From Felis catus (Eukaryota), in NCBI RefSeq assembly GCF_018350175.1, contig NC_058368.1, positions 175,090,001 through 175,154,000 of the forward strand: a stretch of DNA of 64,000 bases, written 5' to 3'. Of the stretch, positions 47,131 through 59,400 are shown piece by piece (within the stretch, counting starts at the first letter, position 1; each line of letters begins with the position of its first letter). The position numbers and the translations under genes are program-made. The notes beneath the pieces are model-generated. The model saw nothing but the letters and a program-made list of their open reading frames with translations. It was not told where the DNA came from and ran no database searches.

Positions 47131-48327
47131 AGAGAATACCGAAGAGGACATTCGAGTGGTTCAAGGGCTATAAACTGGTCACGTACGGACACTTGCGGCA
47201 TCTAGGTCGTGAACCATAGAATGGGTTAACAATAGAATGAGTTAACCTCATCAAACAGGGGAAGTTTAATCCTTAATTCCATGTGCCATGGCGACCACCA
47301 TCAAGGGTGGATTCTGGCCCGTCTTCCTTTCGGGTCCCTGATTGGTTACAGCCACCTTACGGTGGGGTCTGTACAGCCAGGTTCCCCACTCTCCACGTCC
47401 ATGGCAGGTGACTCCCTCCCTCCTGTCACCTGTGTGGCCCCTGACTGACCAGGCGCCCCATCCCAGGACACGGTTTTGCCCAAGACATTGTTCTCACCCT
47501 GGGGAAGCTCACCGTCAGACGGAGCAGCTCCCCACGCGTCTCCCCTCCTCTGCGCTCCCCTGCACCCTGCATCCCTCACCCTGCTCGTATCCCCTCCTCC
47601 AGCCCCTGAGCTCCTCAAACACAAAGATGATGTCTTAATCATCTCTATCGGCCCCTATTTGTGTATTGACTAAAGCCTTTGAATTTTTAAAAATTTATCT
47701 CTTCCCCAGTGATTCGTCTCAGGGGAAAAGAAAAAAATATCCAGGATGCAAGAATCAGCACAATCGGGGTCCTTAGGAGGCCATGTGAAAGCAGGGTCAA
47801 GTTTGGAAGAGATAATGCCATTCCCTCAAGGTCCCCTTCTGCCCAGGGCACCCCATAGCCTTGGGTTTGCTGGTTCTTTACTTACTGCAGCCATAGGCTC
47901 GATCTAAATATTCACTACCTTTTCTAAGCAGTGTGGTTGTCACTTACAGGGACCGCAGGCCATTCATTACATTTGAATTAGAGCAGTCCAAGAAAATCCA
48001 GAGGTGCAGCTCTTGCTATCACATATCCTTCCTTAGAATAATCGATGACACAGACTGGCACAAAAGGAGAAACCTGGCGAACCCCATTGCTGATGTGAAG
48101 CAGTAAAACCTCTCATTTGCACCAAATGATACACATGTGTACCAAGCCATATGGGGGAAAGTGGTCATCTTGGCAGTTTTCTCCTAATAGGAATAATTTA
48201 AAATAGTCTAGGAGTGACAAGCAGCACATCCCCCTTTTGACAAAGGTGGGAATCCGGCCAGGGAGGGGGTACACAGGGAGAGCCAATCATAGCTGAAGTA
48301 GTTCGTTTCTCTCAAAAACCATCTGAG

Positions 48328-48541
48328 GGGGCGCCTGGGTGGCTCAGTCGCTTAAGCGTCCAGCTTCGGCTCAGGTCACGATCTCACGGTTTGTGGGTTC
48401 GAGCCCCGCGTCGGGCTCTGTGCTGACAGCTCGGAGCCTGGAGCCTGCTTCGGATTCTGGGTCTCCCTCTCTCTCTGCCCCTCCCCTGCTCACGCTCTGT
48501 CTCTCTCTCTCAAAAATAAAGAAACATTAAAACAAAAAAAA
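48328..48541 (+). mobile_element. CanSINE
   Basis: Full length; degenerate TSD AAAAACCATCTGA/AAAAACAACTGA. Confidence 0.96.
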
Positions 48542-48689
48542 AAAAACAACTGAAACAAATGAGGTAAAACATTGGCCTTGACAATGCTAGGCAGGGACTA
48601 GTGAGCGTTTACTACAGATTGCCCACACCACGACGGATGCTTGAAATATTTCAAAATCGAAAGTAGAAACTTTGATTCATCCCCTGCTA

Positions 48690-48890
48690 TGCATCAGGCT
48701 ATGTTATGTGTATCGTTTGCCTTTAACTAAAATGCCTTTGAGACAATTATTCCTATCCTTATTTAACAGATGAGGAAAGAGGTCTTGAGGCATTTCGTGA
48801 CTTGCCAAGCCCAACAGAGCTAGTAGCTGGGTTTCCAGGTTGAGTTTAATTCTAAAACGCACCTGTTTTGCATTACGGCTATACCCTCTA
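48690..48890 (-). mobile_element. MIR
   Basis: ATTTAACAGATGAGGAAA...GTGACTTGCCAAG...GCTAGTA. Confidence 0.75.
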
Positions 48891-49504
48891 AGGACAACCA
48901 TTTTTTTTTTTTTTTGGAGCTTGTTTCCCATGGTTAAACTCTCCTCCCTTTTATATCTCCCCTCCCATGTCTTCCTGCCTCCCAGAATCAGGCCTTGCTT
49001 GTCATTCAATAACCCTCTCAACTGCCCGACGTGGGAGCCCTAGCCCCCGACTCATCAGGTACCTCTGGTTTAAGAGTAGAGTCTGCATCCAAGGTTCCCC
49101 ACCCTAAGGGCACTGCCTACTGGGAAGCTCTGGTTGAAACCTACTGGTTATTAGTAAGGCCATTGACCTTGCCTGGCCCTGATCACTGGTTCTCTCTCTT
49201 TTTCCTCTTGGGAACTGGGCAAGAGAGTCCGCTGTCCTTGTCCCATCTGCCACAATCCTGGTTGAGGCCACATCCTCCCTTCGCTAGACTGCGTCCTCAT
49301 CACTCTGGTCTCCAGTCTCATTGTCTCCAGTCTACAACCTATCCTGTTGACCAGAACGGCCATTCAGTCACTGAATAAACACCTACTGAGGACCTGCGGT
49401 GTACCAGGGGTCTTAGGTTTCAGAGGTGGAGAAGAAACTATCCGTCCCTGCCCTTGACTGACCTACAGTGGAATAGATCTATACATCTTGCAAAGATATG
49501 GCAC

Positions 49505-49630
49505 TTCCTTGCTTAAAAGTGCTCAGCGACTCCCCAGGCCCACTGATCAGACCCTCTGTGGGAGGTGCCTGGGAACAGGCATCTGGTCAGCTCCCCAGAT
49601 GACTCAAGCACAACATTCTGAGAACCCTGG
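49505..49630 (+). mobile_element. MER5-type fragment (after L2 3' end at ~49360-49480)
   Basis: GCCTGGGAACAGGCAT...GCTCCCCAGATGACTC...TGAGAACCCTG. Confidence 0.6.
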
Positions 49631-49944
49631 ACTAGAGGGTAAAGCCCAAGGCTCTTGAATTGGATGTGGCAAAAAAGAAAACAGAGTGGTCCACCAAGAC
49701 GGTGCTTGTGAAGTGTGCCTAAAACGTGGTAACGGCCCACAGATGAGGAGACTTCACTCCCAACCATGCCTGTCCCAGGAGAGGTTACAAGAAAGTTCGG
49801 AACACCTCGCTATTTTGAAGCAGACTCCCGATTGTGCGAGAAAGACCCCCGTTCAACTGCCTCTCCCCTGGCCAAAGTAGATGGGGCTCAGACAAGTTCA
49901 GAAATACGAAAAAGAAGAAATCCGTAAAGCAGAGGAATAAAACT

Positions 49945-50072
49945 AGAGTGCCCACAGGTTTCATTTGCCCAGGACAGTCTCATTTCACACCTGCTATCCC
50001 AGTGTAACCATTAATAGTGTTCTCTCTGTTCCCTGAATTATAGGCTTGGATGGTAAATTATTTAGCCACCCT
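49945..50072. mobile_element. MER94-like hAT-Blackjack
   Basis: TTTGCCCAGGACAGTC...ATTAATAGTG...GGATGGTAAATTAT...CCACCCT. Confidence 0.7.
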
Positions 50073-50869
50073 ACCTAAAACTTGTGGGGGGAATAGCAGC
50101 ATGTTGTGCAAGGCCATATCGAACATAAAATAAAGGGCAATAATTCGCTGACCATTTTCTGGGTCTCTCCATGTGTTGAAACTTCGACCTCAATACTTAC
50201 ATCCTAAGAACCAAAAGTAGGCAAATCCCGGAAAAGAAGTCGCCTTCATTTAGGGAAGTGCCCGATACAAGGGTCCAAAGGGAACTTCTTACACCAGCAG
50301 ATTAATGCTGCTTCCGTTTTCCATTGACTGCTCCTATGAGAAGAGGCATTTCGCCTGCTCTCTGCCAATCTGCACAGGCCTCTGCCCTGTTGGGGTGATG
50401 ATTCCTGTCACCTCCTGCAGCCCCCGATACTCCAGATCCTTACACGGTCACGAGGTGCCGCAGCTCTCCGCACAGAGGCTCCTTGGGGGTCTCGAGTGCC
50501 GTGGAGTTTAGGATGAGTGTTCTTTGCTCCATACGCATCCAGGGTCCCTGCTTGGGGCCAGCTCAGCTACTGGCCACCCCTCACCAGCCAGAGCAACGTA
50601 GACCCTCTGCCCCTCAGGCTCCCTCCTCCTCTGTGAGAATCCTCTTGTGGGGTCTAACATTCCTTCCTTGAAATGTGGTTTCCACTGCTCCCCTGTGGTA
50701 CTACCTTCATCAGAGACACTGATACCGGTCTCATATAGCGGTCTGGCCCGCTATAAATGTGGTTCATGTTTCATCCCTGGGAGAAGGGGAGAAAGGGTGA
50801 GAAAGGCTCTTAGTGGAGAAGGCCATTGCTTAACTCTTGACCAGACATGCCTGCCTTTTACTTCTGGCC

Positions 50870-51292
50870 GCTCCAGAACATGCATACATATATATATATA
50901 TATAATGTATGAATGAGAGAGAGAAAGAGACAGAGAGTGATTTTTTTTAAGGCATTGGCTCCTGTGTTTGTGGAAGCTTAGCAAATCCAAAGTCCGATGC
51001 AGGAGCTGAGCAGGCTGAAGTCTTAGGGAAGAGATGCAATTCAAGGTCAAAGGCCATCTGCTGGCAGAATTCCTTCTTGATCGGGGAAGGTCAATCTTTG
51101 TTCTCTCAAGGTCCTGAACTGATTACATGAGTCCCACACACTATGGAGAACAATCTACTTTACTCAAAGTCCACTGGTCTAAACGTTAATCTCATTCAAA
51201 GAACAGCTTCATGGAAACATCTAGAATAATGGTTAACCAAATATTCAGGCAGCATGGCCCAGCCGAGGTGACTCATGAAGTTAGCCATTGCT
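50870..51292 (-). mobile_element. MLT2D-type ERVL LTR
   Basis: GGCATTGGCTC...CTGCTGGCAGAATTCC...AATCTACTTTACTCAAAGTCCACTG...CATCTAGAATAATG. Confidence 0.85.
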
Positions 51293-51404
51293 GTTGTCTC
51301 TTGTACCGTTTCTAGGGTTTATAGTTGGGAGCAGGGGAAAAATGGTCTACATTCTCTTGGCTGGACTGGAAGTTTTTTAAAAAAATAGAAAAGCCACTTT
51401 GTAG

Positions 51405-51612
51405 GCAGTGAGAAGGAGGCTGACTCACAGAGAGAAACAGGGATGAAAACAAGTGAGAAAAAGGGTCTTCTCCAACAGGCTCTGTGTCCCAAGCCTGGTG
51501 CCTCCGTCCTTACTGAAACTTAGTCTTCCAATCACTCCTTGGATTCTATAAGCCCATAAAGTCCTGTTTTGTTTAATTAGTTTGACTTGGGTTTCTGTCA
51601 GAGACACCCAGC
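51405..51612 (+). mobile_element. MLT1 (J-type) LTR 3' part
   Basis: AAGCCCATAAAGTCC...TAGTTTGACTTGGGTTTCTGTCA. Confidence 0.6.
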
Positions 51613-51754
51613 TAAAGGACGTGGGAGGATTGGTTATTTGAGATGGTTCTGCCTATTAATATACTTGGTTAAAATAGGTATTGATAAGATCGGCCATCTG
51701 TAGAGTCCTTGGCACAGTAAAACTAAATGTCAGTGTGAAAAATAAGAAATAGTA

Positions 51755-51975
51755 GGGGCGCCTGGGTGGCACAGTCGGTTAAGCGTCCGACTTCAGCCAG
51801 GTCACGATCTCGCGGTCCGTGAGTTCGAGCCCCGCGTCGGGCTCTGGGCTGATGGCTCGGAGCCTGGAGCCTGTTTCCGATTCTGTGTCTCCCTCTCTCT
51901 CTGCCCCTCCCCCGTTCATGCTCTGTCTCTCTCTCTCTGTCCCAAAAATAAATAAACTTTGAAAAAAAATTAAAA
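51755..51975 (+). mobile_element. Young CanSINE (SINEC_Fc)
   Basis: Perfect TSD AAAAATAAGAAATAGTA at 51738-51754 and 51976-51992. Confidence 0.98.
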
Positions 51976-52729
51976 AAAAATAAGAAATAGTAAATGAATA
52001 AGATACTGCTGGCTTGCCCAAAAGCTCAGCTATTCCAGCAGCTAGCTACTCTCTTCTGATGTCAGCCCTGTTCTGTTTCCTACCTTAAGACAAGGGTAAA
52101 TGTGGAGATGGAACCCTTAGCTGTGCTGGGAGTGAATTCCCAGCAATCAGTTGCATCGGGGGCCACCTTAAAAATTACACACCGGGGGAGGGGGACATCG
52201 GTCTTGGGAGAGCAGCCACTGGGGTCCTGTCTGCTGACAAAATTGGGGCTGTATCCGGAAATGGGGTCAGGAGACAAGGATCCAAAATAGGTCAGGGTGT
52301 CACCACAAAGCGGCAAGGGAGGAAGTTTCAAATTCCTTGAGCATGGTGACTTATGGGCACATCTGTCCAGACCGTTGCAAGTTTATCGACAGAGTCATAA
52401 CGTCCTCAAGTCCACGCCTTCTATTTCTATGAGGCCCCACTGAGTGCACCATAAGAATTCTAAAGTCTCTTCAACTCTGAACCCGGGGCTATCGGATTTC
52501 CTGGACTGCAAAGCCAGTATCCATCAGTCTGCCCAGGGAAAACTGTGCATGAGAAAATGTCCCAGACCGGTTGGGTCCCTTATAACCAGACTTGCCTCTC
52601 GATGAGGTGAAAAAACAGTTGGAATTGGAGCCTTTCAGACTGCACTTGACAATTGAACCTTTACATTTCAGCTGAAAACACCGAAGGGAAAAGTGGAGGG
52701 GTGGTGGGGGGGGGGGGGGGCGGACGGGG

Positions 52730-53380
52730 AAACCAGATGTCTTTCTCAAAAAAAGAGAGAGGGAGAGAGAAAGAGAAACCACACCACTCTAACCTCAACT
52801 TTATTTGCATTTTATACATTTTTATATATTTCATTTTATGAAAACAGTCAAGCCCCAACCGCAAGATTTCACAGATAAGAGGCAAAAGCCGGACTGTGCT
52901 TAATTCAATATTTTAGAGAAATGCTCCGATGGGCGGTCCGTTAACGGCAGCCTGGCCAGACCGAGACTGCTGACGGCTCTCAAAAATGCGCCTGTGATTC
53001 ATACTGGGACACCGCATCTCCTAACACGCTGTGTGTGCGAGGGGCTGTAATTACGAAATGTTTGCAGTTCGGCTACGTGGGTGCCGAAATACAGATGTTC
53101 CTCGTTGACACTAATTGGACCTGACGTGGCTTTGGCCTGCTTTATAACAGTGGCCGGAACGCGCAATGCACTGCGGCGCGGTCCTCCGAAGGCCTCTGTT
53201 TCATATCGCCTTTACCAGGGGGCTGGGGGACCGGGGGAGGATTGACATTCACGCCGGCCTCATCTGTCCCAGAGCTCGGTGGAAAATGCCTTTCAGCCCG
53301 CTCGGAGGGGCACCCTTCTCGGGGGCCGACCGCGCACTTTCATTCAGCGACTTCTCTTTCTATTTAAAAGGGAAGGTTCT
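52730..53380. promoter_or_regulatory. Candidate enhancer with small orphan CpG-island-like core
   Basis: ~35 CpG in 52921-53350 (hand count); ATTTGCAT, AGATAAG, TAATTA, TAATTG, 2x CAGATG, TGACGT; no repeat recognised. Confidence 0.5.
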
Positions 53381-53799
53381 TCCCTGGCGTCCCCTCCTCC
53401 CCCGAAAGAGGACTGAGTGAAGGTGCCATTTGCCTTCATGCGACTTCTTAATGTGTCCAAGATGTGCTGGCTCTCCAAAACACATCAACAAAGAAAGCCC
53501 TTCTCTGACGCTCTGGGCTCTTCCTGCTGACCTTGCCTCCTCCACGCACGCTGGGAGTGCCCGAATGCAAAAGGCCACCTCACTGGAGGCGTTGGTCGAC
53601 ACACATTTATGCGTACCTACTGTGTGTCAACTCTCCTGCGAATGGAAAGGGAAGATAAACACAGGCGGGCTGGCCCCGGCTTAGTTTATAGGAGCTTCAT
53701 GCCGCTTATTAGGAAAGAAAGGGACGGGGGCCTAGGTCGGACATCTCGTCTGCCCCCGGTAATGTTCAGACGGCCTTTCAGATGGACGGAGTGAGGACA

Positions 53800-54020
53800 G
53801 TGGTTAAAGGGGAAGGCTCCGGAATCGCGCTGCCTGGGGTTCACGCAGCTTAACCCCTGAGACGTGTGGCCTGGGCAATATGACCCTCAGTTTCCTCATC
53901 TGTAAAAGGGGCTGTAAAGCTTGCAAAGATGTTGGGGAGGGCACAAATGAGTCGGTGCATGTGAAGCCTCGACGGACTGCTCGCCGTATATAGAACGAGT
54001 GCTCCATGAAGCTAGCCTCA
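53800..54020 (+). mobile_element. MIR
   Basis: CAGTGGTTAA...CCTCAGTTTCCTCATCTGTAAAAGGGG. Confidence 0.8.
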
Positions 54021-54209
54021 ACTTTAAAACTATCCCCCCTAAATATTGCAAAATAGCATTACAGGTGCAGATCTATCTCTACGTAAGCCTGTCTGTCTGT
54101 ATGTGTCTGTCTAACTATCTGTCTATAATTTGTTGAGCCTCAAGGAAAGATTTGGCTATTCTTATTAAAAAAAATCATCACCTATTTATTTATTTAAAAT
54201 TAATGGACC

Positions 54210-54425
54210 GGGACACCTGCGTGGCTTAGTCAGTTAAGCATCCGACTTCAGCTCAGGTCATGATCTCACAGTTGAGCCCTGTGTCAGGCTCTGTGCTGAC
54301 CGCTCAGAGCCTGGAGCCTGCTTCGGGTTCTGTGTCTCCCTCTCCCTCTGCCCCTCCCCTGCTCATGCTTTGTCTCTCTCTCTCTCTCAAAAATAAACAA
54401 ATATTTAAAAAAATTTTAAAAAATC
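54210..54425 (+). mobile_element. CanSINE
   Basis: TSD AAAT(T/G)AATGGACC; short deletion before B-box. Confidence 0.94.
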
Positions 54426-54699
54426 AAATGAATGGACCATTAGATTAAAAATAAGATTCTACTTAAGGTAACATGAAAACATATTTTTGCAAAGCAAATA
54501 AACTTTAATGGCATAAAAGAAAGACACAAAAGTTACAGTGAAGGCAGTAATCAAACAAACCAGGCTACAAAGAAACGTGAGGTCCAGCCTATCTGGATTT
54601 GGTGATTTTTTTTCCCCAAGACTACACATCCCTCTGAATTCCCCCCGAATTCCCACCTTCCTTACAGTTTCTCCATTTGACTCTCCGTTCCACTTATCT

Positions 54700-55173
54700 G
54701 CTGTTGGAGTTTAATAATATGTGACAGCAATAGACGTTTATTTTCTCACAGTCTCCATTTTGGACAATGCTCAGTGGGGTCCTCTCTTTTCTACTCCTCC
54801 TGGTGTCAGCAGGGGGCAGCTTGAAGGCTACAGAGACACAGAGACTGGGGGCTGGAATCATCTGAAGACTTAATTAGTCATTTCTCTGTCCAGTGGTTGG
54901 TGTTGGCCTGTGTGGCTACCCAACTGCCTTGCATGAAGGCACTGGTTTCCAAGAGCAAGAGTCTCAAGAGAACAAGGCAGAAGTGCACTACATTTTTATA
55001 CCCAGCCTTGAAAGCCACATCATTCATATCACATATTTTGAGAGAGTCACAAAAGCTTGCACAGGTTCAAGGGGAGGGAACATAGTCTCCACCACTCAAT
55101 GGCACAAGTGTCACTGGTACATCAGAAGAAGAACCTGTGGGATGGGTTCTTTGGAAAATACAGTTGGTCTCAT
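54700..55173 (-). mobile_element. MLT1 (G/H-type) MaLR LTR
   Basis: GGGGCTGGAATCATCTGAAG...AGGCAGAAG...CAGGTTCAAGGGGAGGGAACATAG...CTTTGGAAAATACA. Confidence 0.8.
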
Positions 55174-55488
55174 CTTCTGACTTTGGGAGGACTTTCTTTT
55201 TTATTTCTTTCGTTTTAATCCCAAAGCTTTATACCTAAAGCTTCACGTATTGCCAGGACACTCCTATTTTGCTTTCTTTTTGATATGCGTTTATTGGAAA
55301 TACTTGCTGTTGAGGAGGTCATAGTCAAGTGGGAGAAGCAGATGAATAAATAGAAAGCAAAAATACTTGATAGCAAGTGCTCTGTTGGGGACAATCAAAG
55401 GAGACTCCAAGCCCAACTGGGGAGTTGGCAAGTCTCTGAGCAGAGGAGCCACTGAGCTGAGTATTTAGGCATAAGGACAAGGGAGCAA

Positions 55489-55890
55489 TGGTGGTTAACT
55501 TCATTTGTTAACTTGGCTATGCCATAGTCAAATGCCCATTGGCCAAACACCAACTGGTTAAGCACCAATTTAGATGTTGCTGTGAAGGTTTTTTTTTTTT
55601 TTTTTTTTAATTTTTTTTTTTTCAACGTTTATTTATTTTTGGGACAGAGAGAGACAGAGCATGAACGGGGGAGGGGCAGAGAGAGAGGGAGACACAGAAT
55701 CAGAAACAGGCTCCAGGCTCTGAGCCATCAGCCCAGAGCCTGACGCGGGGCTCGAACTCACGGACCGCGAGATCGTGACCTGGCTGAAGTCGGACGCTTA
55801 ACCGACTGCGCCACCCAGGCGCCCCGTGAAGGTTTTTTTTAGAGGAGTTTACATTTGGATCAGTAGACTTTGAGTGAAGCAGTCTCATTT
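55489..55890 (+). mobile_element. MLT2-type LTR 5' part interrupted by SINE
   Basis: TGGTGGTTAACTT...AACTTGGCTA...TAGATGTTGCTGTGAAGG...TCAGTAGACTTTGAGTGAAGCAG. Confidence 0.8.
55597..55825 (-). mobile_element. Young CanSINE (SINEC_Fc)
   Basis: TSD GTGAAGGTTTTTTTT. Confidence 0.98.
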
Positions 55891-55934
55891 TATCCTCCCC
55901 TCTCACCCATTTCTACCTCCCATTCTTACTTTCT

Positions 55935-56159
55935 TTAAAAAAAATTAATATTTATTTATTTTAGGGAGAGAGAGAGAGAGAGAGAGGGAGAGCGTGAGTG
56001 AGGAATGGGCAGAGAGAGAGGGAGACACAGAATCTGAAGCAGGCTCCAGGCTCTGAGCTATCAGCACAGAGCCGGATGCAGGACTTGACCCCACAAACCA
56101 TGAGGTCATGACCTGAGCCAAAGTCAGACACTTAACTGACTGAGCCACCCAGGTGCCCT
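55935..56159 (-). mobile_element. CanSINE
   Basis: TSD CCATTC(T/C)TACTTT. Confidence 0.95.
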
Positions 56160-56599
56160 CCATTCCTACTTTTCTATAAGAAAATCAAGTTCCAGAAGTA
56201 GTTGCCATCTGAGAATCCGAGGAAGCTTAGGCACGGAAGCTTTGGTTACCAGGTTGCTTGTGGATAGGAAACGCTCTGTTGCCATGCCCAAGACAAATGC
56301 TGAAAAATAATTTTGCTCATTAGGGAAAAGTCATGTTTGTTATTACGACTTTGCCCAAACAAATGAAAAGAAACTAGACGTCAGAGCTATGGTTTGAAGT
56401 GACATATCGGTTATTTAGGGAGAAGGTGGGCAAATCCCTTTAACCAGTCATTACAGTCAGAAGGATTGTTTGGATGATCTAGGTAATTGATTCGTTTCTC
56501 CGTTTTGTTTGAGCTACAGCCTAAGACTATTTCTATGTCCACAGAGGTGGAGTGGAGGGTCGAGGGAGTTTTCAAGCAATGTCAGCAACCACAGCGGCG

Positions 56600-57200
56600 T
56601 CCATTAATGTGCATGTGTGACAAGTGCCTACTAAGTACATGCTATGCGTAGATCTAGGTGTTAAAGTTGTAACAATAGGGAAGACCCAGCCCCTTCCTTC
56701 TAGATGTTCGGAACTTACTGAGGCCAATGACCAATGAGACTGGTTATCTGTTCACTACGCCTGCTTGGTTTTCCTCCTGGGAGCACCACAGACTGTAGTG
56801 TTCGTTTTCTCTTGCAGCTGGGTGAGGCCTCGAACCAAGTTCTGCCCAATGGAATAAAGATTTTTACAATTTCTCATCGAGTTGGTGGAGCTGCTGGGTG
56901 TCGAGGGAGGAGGTGTGTCGGAGAAGACTCCCCAGGGGGTAAAAAAAAAGATGACATTTGAAAGGTACCTCGAAGAGGGAATGGGATGGTTCCAGGCAGT
57001 GAGTGAGGGAAAAGCATCTAAGCCAAGGGAACAGCCCGTGCACAGACTTTGGGTCTGCAAGTTCATGACCCACTCAGATAATGGGTCTGTAGGACTGGAG
57101 TTAAACCAGCCCAGGTGGGACAGAGGAAGAGGACGTGAGGAAAAGAGGTTGACACTGGGCCATGAATGCCATGGTAGGATCTATCTGAAGATAATGAGAA
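56600..57200 (-). mobile_element. L2 fragments
   Basis: AAGTGCCTACTAAG...; GATGACATTTGAA...AGGGAACAGCCCGTGCACAGAC...GAATGCCATG. Confidence 0.6.
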
Positions 57201-58067
57201 GGTAGTGAAAAGTGACAATAAAAAGCCAGTGGGGGAGCAGTGGCAGGGGGCCGCAAGTGAGATTGGCTCTGAGTCTCCACAAAAATCACCCGAGTCTCAG
57301 GGTAGCATGATTAAAGTAGGAAGAAACTCGAGACAAAGAGCTCATATCTCTGAGAGGTCTTTAAACAAATTGAATTCTCTTAATTCAGCATTTTACTTTT
57401 TTCCGTGTCTACACGTCCGCAAGACAGAAAATCATTTCACAATTCAGTTACAGGGACGAGCGGGTGGGGTGGTCAATTCAATATTTTAAACCAACAACAA
57501 AAACCTTCAGTCTGGCCTCAAGTTAGCAAGATGTTTTGATTTGTGGGTGGTTAAACTTAACTCTCATTGAGTCAGGGTTTTATTGACTCTTTGGCAAAGC
57601 CTGATTTCATATTTTTGAGAAAAATAAGCCTTGCGACTTCCAAATGAAATCGGAGGATTTGTTGGCTATCAAAAGTTCTCGCTAACTTGGACTTCAGTAC
57701 TTTCGTGTAGAGGAATCAAAAACATTTAAATCAAATTTCCCTTTGAGGAGACAGCAACTTGAAAATGATGGGGAGAGCGGGTTGGCACAATGTGTTCAGG
57801 GGCTTGGTGGGCTAAAATTATTTGGGGGAAAAGTAGGTTTAAAGGTTCGTAATGAAAGCAAAGCATAACAGAGTTCACCTGAGTCCCAATCAAAATGCCA
57901 AGAAACCCAACCCAGAGGCCACTGTCCCTCCTTGAATTTCAAGATCGTTTGAATCCCAAAGGGAAGTCTAATGATTTTGTGCAGTTGGAATGGATTTTTC
58001 TCACCTATTCTCCACCGTGGTGAGGATTAGCAGCCAAGCACAAATTCCATTGTTTTGAGACTTTCTC

Positions 58068-58605
58068 TGTGGTAGGTAGCCTCCACGATGGTCCCTGATG
58101 ATCCCCCCCTCCTGGTATTCCCATGCTGCGTAGTGCCACCTCCCATTGTACCAGGGTGGGTCTGTGTGATAAACAAAAGATGGGGAGGGCACGTCACTTC
58201 CGAGATTAGGTCGTAGAAGACTATGGCTTCCGTCTTGGAGACTGGCTTTCTGTTCTGACATTATTTTCTCTAGGTGAAGCAAGGTGCCATGTTGTAAGCA
58301 CATCTTTGGAGAGACCCATGCGGCAAGGGACCTAATCTCCGGGGAGGAGAACCCGGTGAAGAACATAATTGCCTGCAATAAATTATGTGGGTGAACTTGG
58401 AAGCAGAGTCTGTAGTTGTACTTGAGGCTTCAAATGGCTATAGCCCCAGCTGATGGCTTCATGTGACCCATGAGAGACTGAGTCAGAACCACTTGCCTAA
58501 GGTACGCCTGGACTTCTGACCTTCAGACACGGTAAGATAAGAAATATTGTTGTTGTTTTTTTTAATTTGCTAAATTTTGAAGTAATTTGTAATGCAACAA
58601 TAGTC
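58068..58605 (+). mobile_element. MLT1F-type MaLR LTR
   Basis: TGTGGTAGGTAGCCTCCACGATGG...GTCACTTCCGAGATTAGG...GCTAAATTTTGAAGTAATTTGTAATGCAACAATAG. Confidence 0.88.
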
Positions 58606-58859
58606 TCCTATCCTCTCTGTTGTGAGAGGTAGTTTTCATTTTTTGGTTTTGTGTTGTTTTGTTTTGTTTTTACATTAGCAGGGTCTGATTCCCTGTAGAA
58701 CTATTCTAGTTTTCCTTCAGACTCATCCCTCCTTTCTTTGTGTAAGCTTATTTATATGTGGGACTGCCTACCAGGGAGTCAGTTTAAAACCTGTATATAT
58801 TCCAGGCATAAAGAATGGGTTTTGTTTTTACGAACTCCTGAATTAAAAGATTATCGTAC

Positions 58860-59400
58860 TGACTTCTCTTTCTGTTTTCTAATACTTCTCTTTAAGGCTA
58901 TAAATTTCCCTCTAATGGTCCCTTTAGCTAGAGTTCACATATTTCAACAATAGTATTTTCATTATCCACTGTAATTAGTTAGTAATGTTCGTTATAATTT
59001 CTTCCTTGACAAGTTATTTACAAGTATCTTTTGTTGGTATTTCTAAATGTATGTTGTTTACTTGTACCTTTTTGCTTTCGGTTTTAGGTTTCATTGCATT
59101 GTGGTTAGAGGGTTATCCCTATGACATTGATTCTTTAGTATTTGCTGAAGCTACTTTAAGCATAATATCTGCTCAACATTTGCATATACTCCATGTGAAC
59201 AGGAAATACATACATGTTCTGTTTCTTGGCTGCAAAATTTTATATATGTTCATTAGGTGGGGGTTGTGTGTGTCCATGTTGGTCAAAGCTTCTATCTGGT
59301 TCTTATTTTCCTCTTTCTTTCTAGATCTTTCCATCACTGAGAAGTATATTAAAATCTCCATGATGATTATGAACTTGCCAATTCCTAATTGAATTTCTAA
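58860..59400 (-). mobile_element. Fossil L1 ORF2 fragment (L1M)
   Basis: TTTAAGGCTATAAATTTCCCTCTAA...TTCATTGCATTGTGGTTAGAG...ATTAAAATCTCC. Confidence 0.8.

Noticed and set aside
58985..59392. Hydrophobic 135-aa ORF resembling a membrane protein
   Set aside because: T-rich antisense strand of a fossil L1
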